A program made the position numbers and the translations under genes. From Candidatus Aenigmatarchaeota archaeon (GTDB taxonomy: Archaea; Aenigmatarchaeota; Aenigmatarchaeia; CG10238-14; SCSR01), in contig JAWCME010000003.1 in NCBI GenBank assembly GCA_039091335.1, forward strand, positions 1 to 38,295: DNA of 38,295 nucleotides. The letters run 5' to 3'. This document shows positions 36,206-38,295 of this stretch, piece by piece (positions within the stretch are counted from its first letter, which is position 1; each line of letters starts with the position of its first letter). The notes beneath the pieces are model-generated. The model worked only from the letters and a program-made list of their open reading frames with translations. It did not search any database and was not told where the DNA came from.

Positions 36206-36523
36206 ATGAAACCTCAAAAACTATTTATAAGATATTGCATCGAAGAACAGATCTTTCAGAAAGGCTTTATGATATGCAGCCCACAGTCTTTCGGTAGACG
36301 TAAGAAAAAATTGGAAAAATACGCATACCAAATAATGTATTTAAGTGAGAGTCCTGGTTTTTTAATCTATAGAGTTAGAGGCACAAGAGATTATTTAGAT
36401 ATGATTTTGAAGAGAGAAAAAAACAAATCAACTCATACCGTGTTATTTCAAGATGCTGCTGAAAAATTTGCGAATTTGGAAAAAGCAAAGCTTCTTGACT
36501 GGTTTGTTGAATATAAGAAGTGA
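36206..36523 (+). CDS. Hypothetical protein
   Basis: 105-codon ORF directly after prf1; no motif recognised. Confidence 0.55.
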   Translation: MKPQKLFIRYCIEEQIFQKGFMICSPQSFGRRKKKLEKYAYQIMYLSESPGFLIYRVRGTRDYLDMILKREKNKSTHTVLFQDAAEKFANLEKAKLLDWFVEYKK

Positions 36524-36533
36524 AATAAAAATT

Positions 36534-37289
36534 TTATAACCTTAAATTAAAAAAATTAATCGCATTTTCTGTTGTTATTTTATCAACTTCCTCAAAGCTA
36601 ATTTTTTTTATTTCAGCAATTTTTTCAATAACTGTTTTTACCGATCTCGGGTCATTTCTTTTTCCTTCTGGACCAAGCCAAGGCGAATCTGTCTCTGTCA
36701 TTAAAAAACTCAATGGAATATCTCTGACAACCTTTTTGTGTTTTTTGCTTCTCAAAAGTATTGTGTTAACAGAAACATACCAACCATTATCTATTACTCT
36801 TTTGACTAAATGGTTTGCACCAAACATATGGAGAAGAACTTTCTCACTTCCTTCCTCTTCCAAAATTTTTATTGCATCTTCATACGCAGCTCTACAATGG
36901 ACAACTATCGGTTTTTTTAATTCTTTTGCAAATGAAATAAACTCGGTAAAAAGCTCCCTCTGTTTTTCTCTACCTTCTTTATCTTTAATCCAATCAAAAT
37001 CAAGACCAACCTCACCTATACCACAAATCTTTTCTTTGTTCTTCTTCAATATCTCTAAAAATTTGTTTTTTTCTTCTTCTCCTATTTCTTTAATATATTC
37101 TGGATGTATTCCTGCTGTACAGAAAACAAATCCATTATATTTTTCAACCAAACTTAAACTCAAATCTAAATCTTTAGGATGTGCGCAACTACTTATTACC
37201 GCTTTTAATTCTTTTTTACATTTCTCTATAACTTCGTCTCTATCATTATAATAATCCTCTTGCTCTAAGTGGCAATGACAATCAATCAT
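36534..37289 (-). CDS. tatD: TatD-family nuclease
   Basis: IDCHCH, GIHP, IGEVGLD, VHCR, ETDSPW. Confidence 0.95.
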   Translation of the reverse strand: MIDCHCHLEQEDYYNDRDEVIEKCKKELKAVISSCAHPKDLDLSLSLVEKYNGFVFCTAGIHPEYIKEIGEEEKNKFLEILKKNKEKICGIGEVGLDFDWIKDKEGREKQRELFTEFISFAKELKKPIVVHCRAAYEDAIKILEEEGSEKVLLHMFGANHLVKRVIDNGWYVSVNTILLRSKKHKKVVRDIPLSFLMTETDSPWLGPEGKRNDPRSVKTVIEKIAEIKKISFEEVDKITTENAINFFNLRL

Positions 37290-37343
37290 AAAATTTAATT
37301 TAATTGTAAATTTTAAAAACTCTTCCTAGTTTTATTAGTCTAT

Positions 37344-37742
37344 TTAAACTTTCTTTTCCTCGTTGGTTAAAGCTATCGCATTAACTATTCCATGTTGAGA
37401 AGGTCTGGAAGTAACTATTGCATTTCCTATTTCGGTTTTAATTATACTTCCTCTTACTATTATTTTTCTCCTTGCAAAATGAGGATTCGCAGGAGTTTCA
37501 ACTACATCAATTATTTTAACTTTTTTTGATGTTTTTGTTTTTGGGTCTAAAACATTTGCAAACTGAACAAAAAATGCCTTTATTTTTCTGTTCCCACCCT
37601 TTGTTCTTATCTTCTTTCTTCTTTCTTCCCCTATCTTGGTATGAGTAGGTAAGCTACCAAGTTCGTGTTTTCTCTTCTTCCTTGCTATTTTTATAATTCC
37701 GCCTGTTTTCTTTCTTCCTTTTTCCCCATGCCACATTGTCAT
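37344..37742 (-). CDS. rps8e: 30S ribosomal protein S8e
   Basis: RKKTGG, KKRKHELG, RTKGGN, VTSRPSQHGIVNA. Confidence 0.97.
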   Translation of the reverse strand: MTMWHGEKGRKKTGGIIKIARKKRKHELGSLPTHTKIGEERRKKIRTKGGNRKIKAFFVQFANVLDPKTKTSKKVKIIDVVETPANPHFARRKIIVRGSIIKTEIGNAIVTSRPSQHGIVNAIALTNEEKKV

Positions 37743-37825
37743 AAAACCACAAGTATTTGATTTTTTGTTTGAATAGATTTATTAACTTTAAACTTAATAT
37801 TTGTTTTATTAATAAAAGGGAGAAG

Positions 37826-38050
37826 ATGACCGAAAGACCAATAGATGCATTAGATAAAGCGAAAGGTAAGAGAGTTATTATAAAACTTAAGAATGGAGAA
37901 GAAATTACAGGAATACTTAAGGCATTGGATTTGCATCTGAACATTTGGCTTGAAGAAGCAGAAGTACAAAAAAACGAAAACAAGACAAAGCTAGGAACAA
38001 TTTTGGTAAGAGGAGATACAATAGTATACGCTTCACCAGTACAGCTATAG
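37826..38050 (+). CDS. Sm-like archaeal protein (SmAP1/LSm)
   Basis: RPIDAL, LKNGEEITGILKALDLHLNI, LVRGDTI. Confidence 0.95.
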   Translation: MTERPIDALDKAKGKRVIIKLKNGEEITGILKALDLHLNIWLEEAEVQKNENKTKLGTILVRGDTIVYASPVQL

Positions 38051-38110
38051 TATATTTATTTTTTACAGTAATATCTCTTATATTTAAAAGAATGGATAAA
38101 AATAATTAGA

Positions 38111-38295
38111 ATGGATGTCTTGAAAAAATACATAAATGAAGAAAATTATCAATATAATCAACAAGATAACTCTTATGTAACTATTTTAAATTTTTTGTCA
38201 GAATGGAATTTTGGAGCAAAATATGGCCAAATAAAAAGGGAGTTGAAAGTTGAAAAATTAAAGACAAAATTGATGAAACTTCGTGATGAAGGTAT
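38111..38295 (+). CDS. Partial hypothetical protein, possibly winged-HTH, running off the window
   Basis: Open frame MDVLKKY...ILNFLSEWNFGAKYGQIKREL...LMKLRDEG to the end of the sequence. Confidence 0.45.
   Translation, partial: MDVLKKYINEENYQYNQQDNSYVTILNFLSEWNFGAKYGQIKRELKVEKLKTKLMKLRDEG

Noticed and set aside
1..38295. CRISPR array, rRNA, transposase; many short antisense ORFs in the track
   Set aside because: No repeat-spacer periodicity, rRNA-like tract or transposase motif seen; antisense ORFs are F/S/L-rich shadows of K/E-rich genes

Overview
AT-rich archaeal DNA; gene content and compaction suggest a DPANN lineage, possibly Aenigmarchaeota-like (inference). It carries mostly housekeeping genes (smc-scpA-scpB, rpl37e, rps8e, thiI, valS, aRF1, Sm, TBP-like, EndoIV, Nre, archease, TatD), six tRNA genes and a likely accessory block at about 10.7-15.3 kb ending at a tRNA-Pro pair. 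The main discovery is pervasive bulge-helix-bulge (BHB) micro-introns. By manual parsing, five of six tRNAs carry 11 introns of 10-32 nt: Lys-UUU four, Glu-UUC three, Ile-GAU two, Pro-GGG one, Ala-CGC one. Two core protein genes that the ORF track shows as broken or misses are interrupted by the same intron type: 25 nt inside the Walker A motif of smc and 20 nt inside the CxxC motif of rpl37e. Cutting at the canonical BHB positions restores frame and motif exactly in both. Other oddities: aRF1 with GGM in place of GGQ, a VLRF1-like factor also lacking the Gln, a short-armed SMC, and a candidate ~100-nt structured ncRNA convergent with a LigD-type primase-polymerase. All calls come from reading the sequence by eye; no database search or folding program was run.
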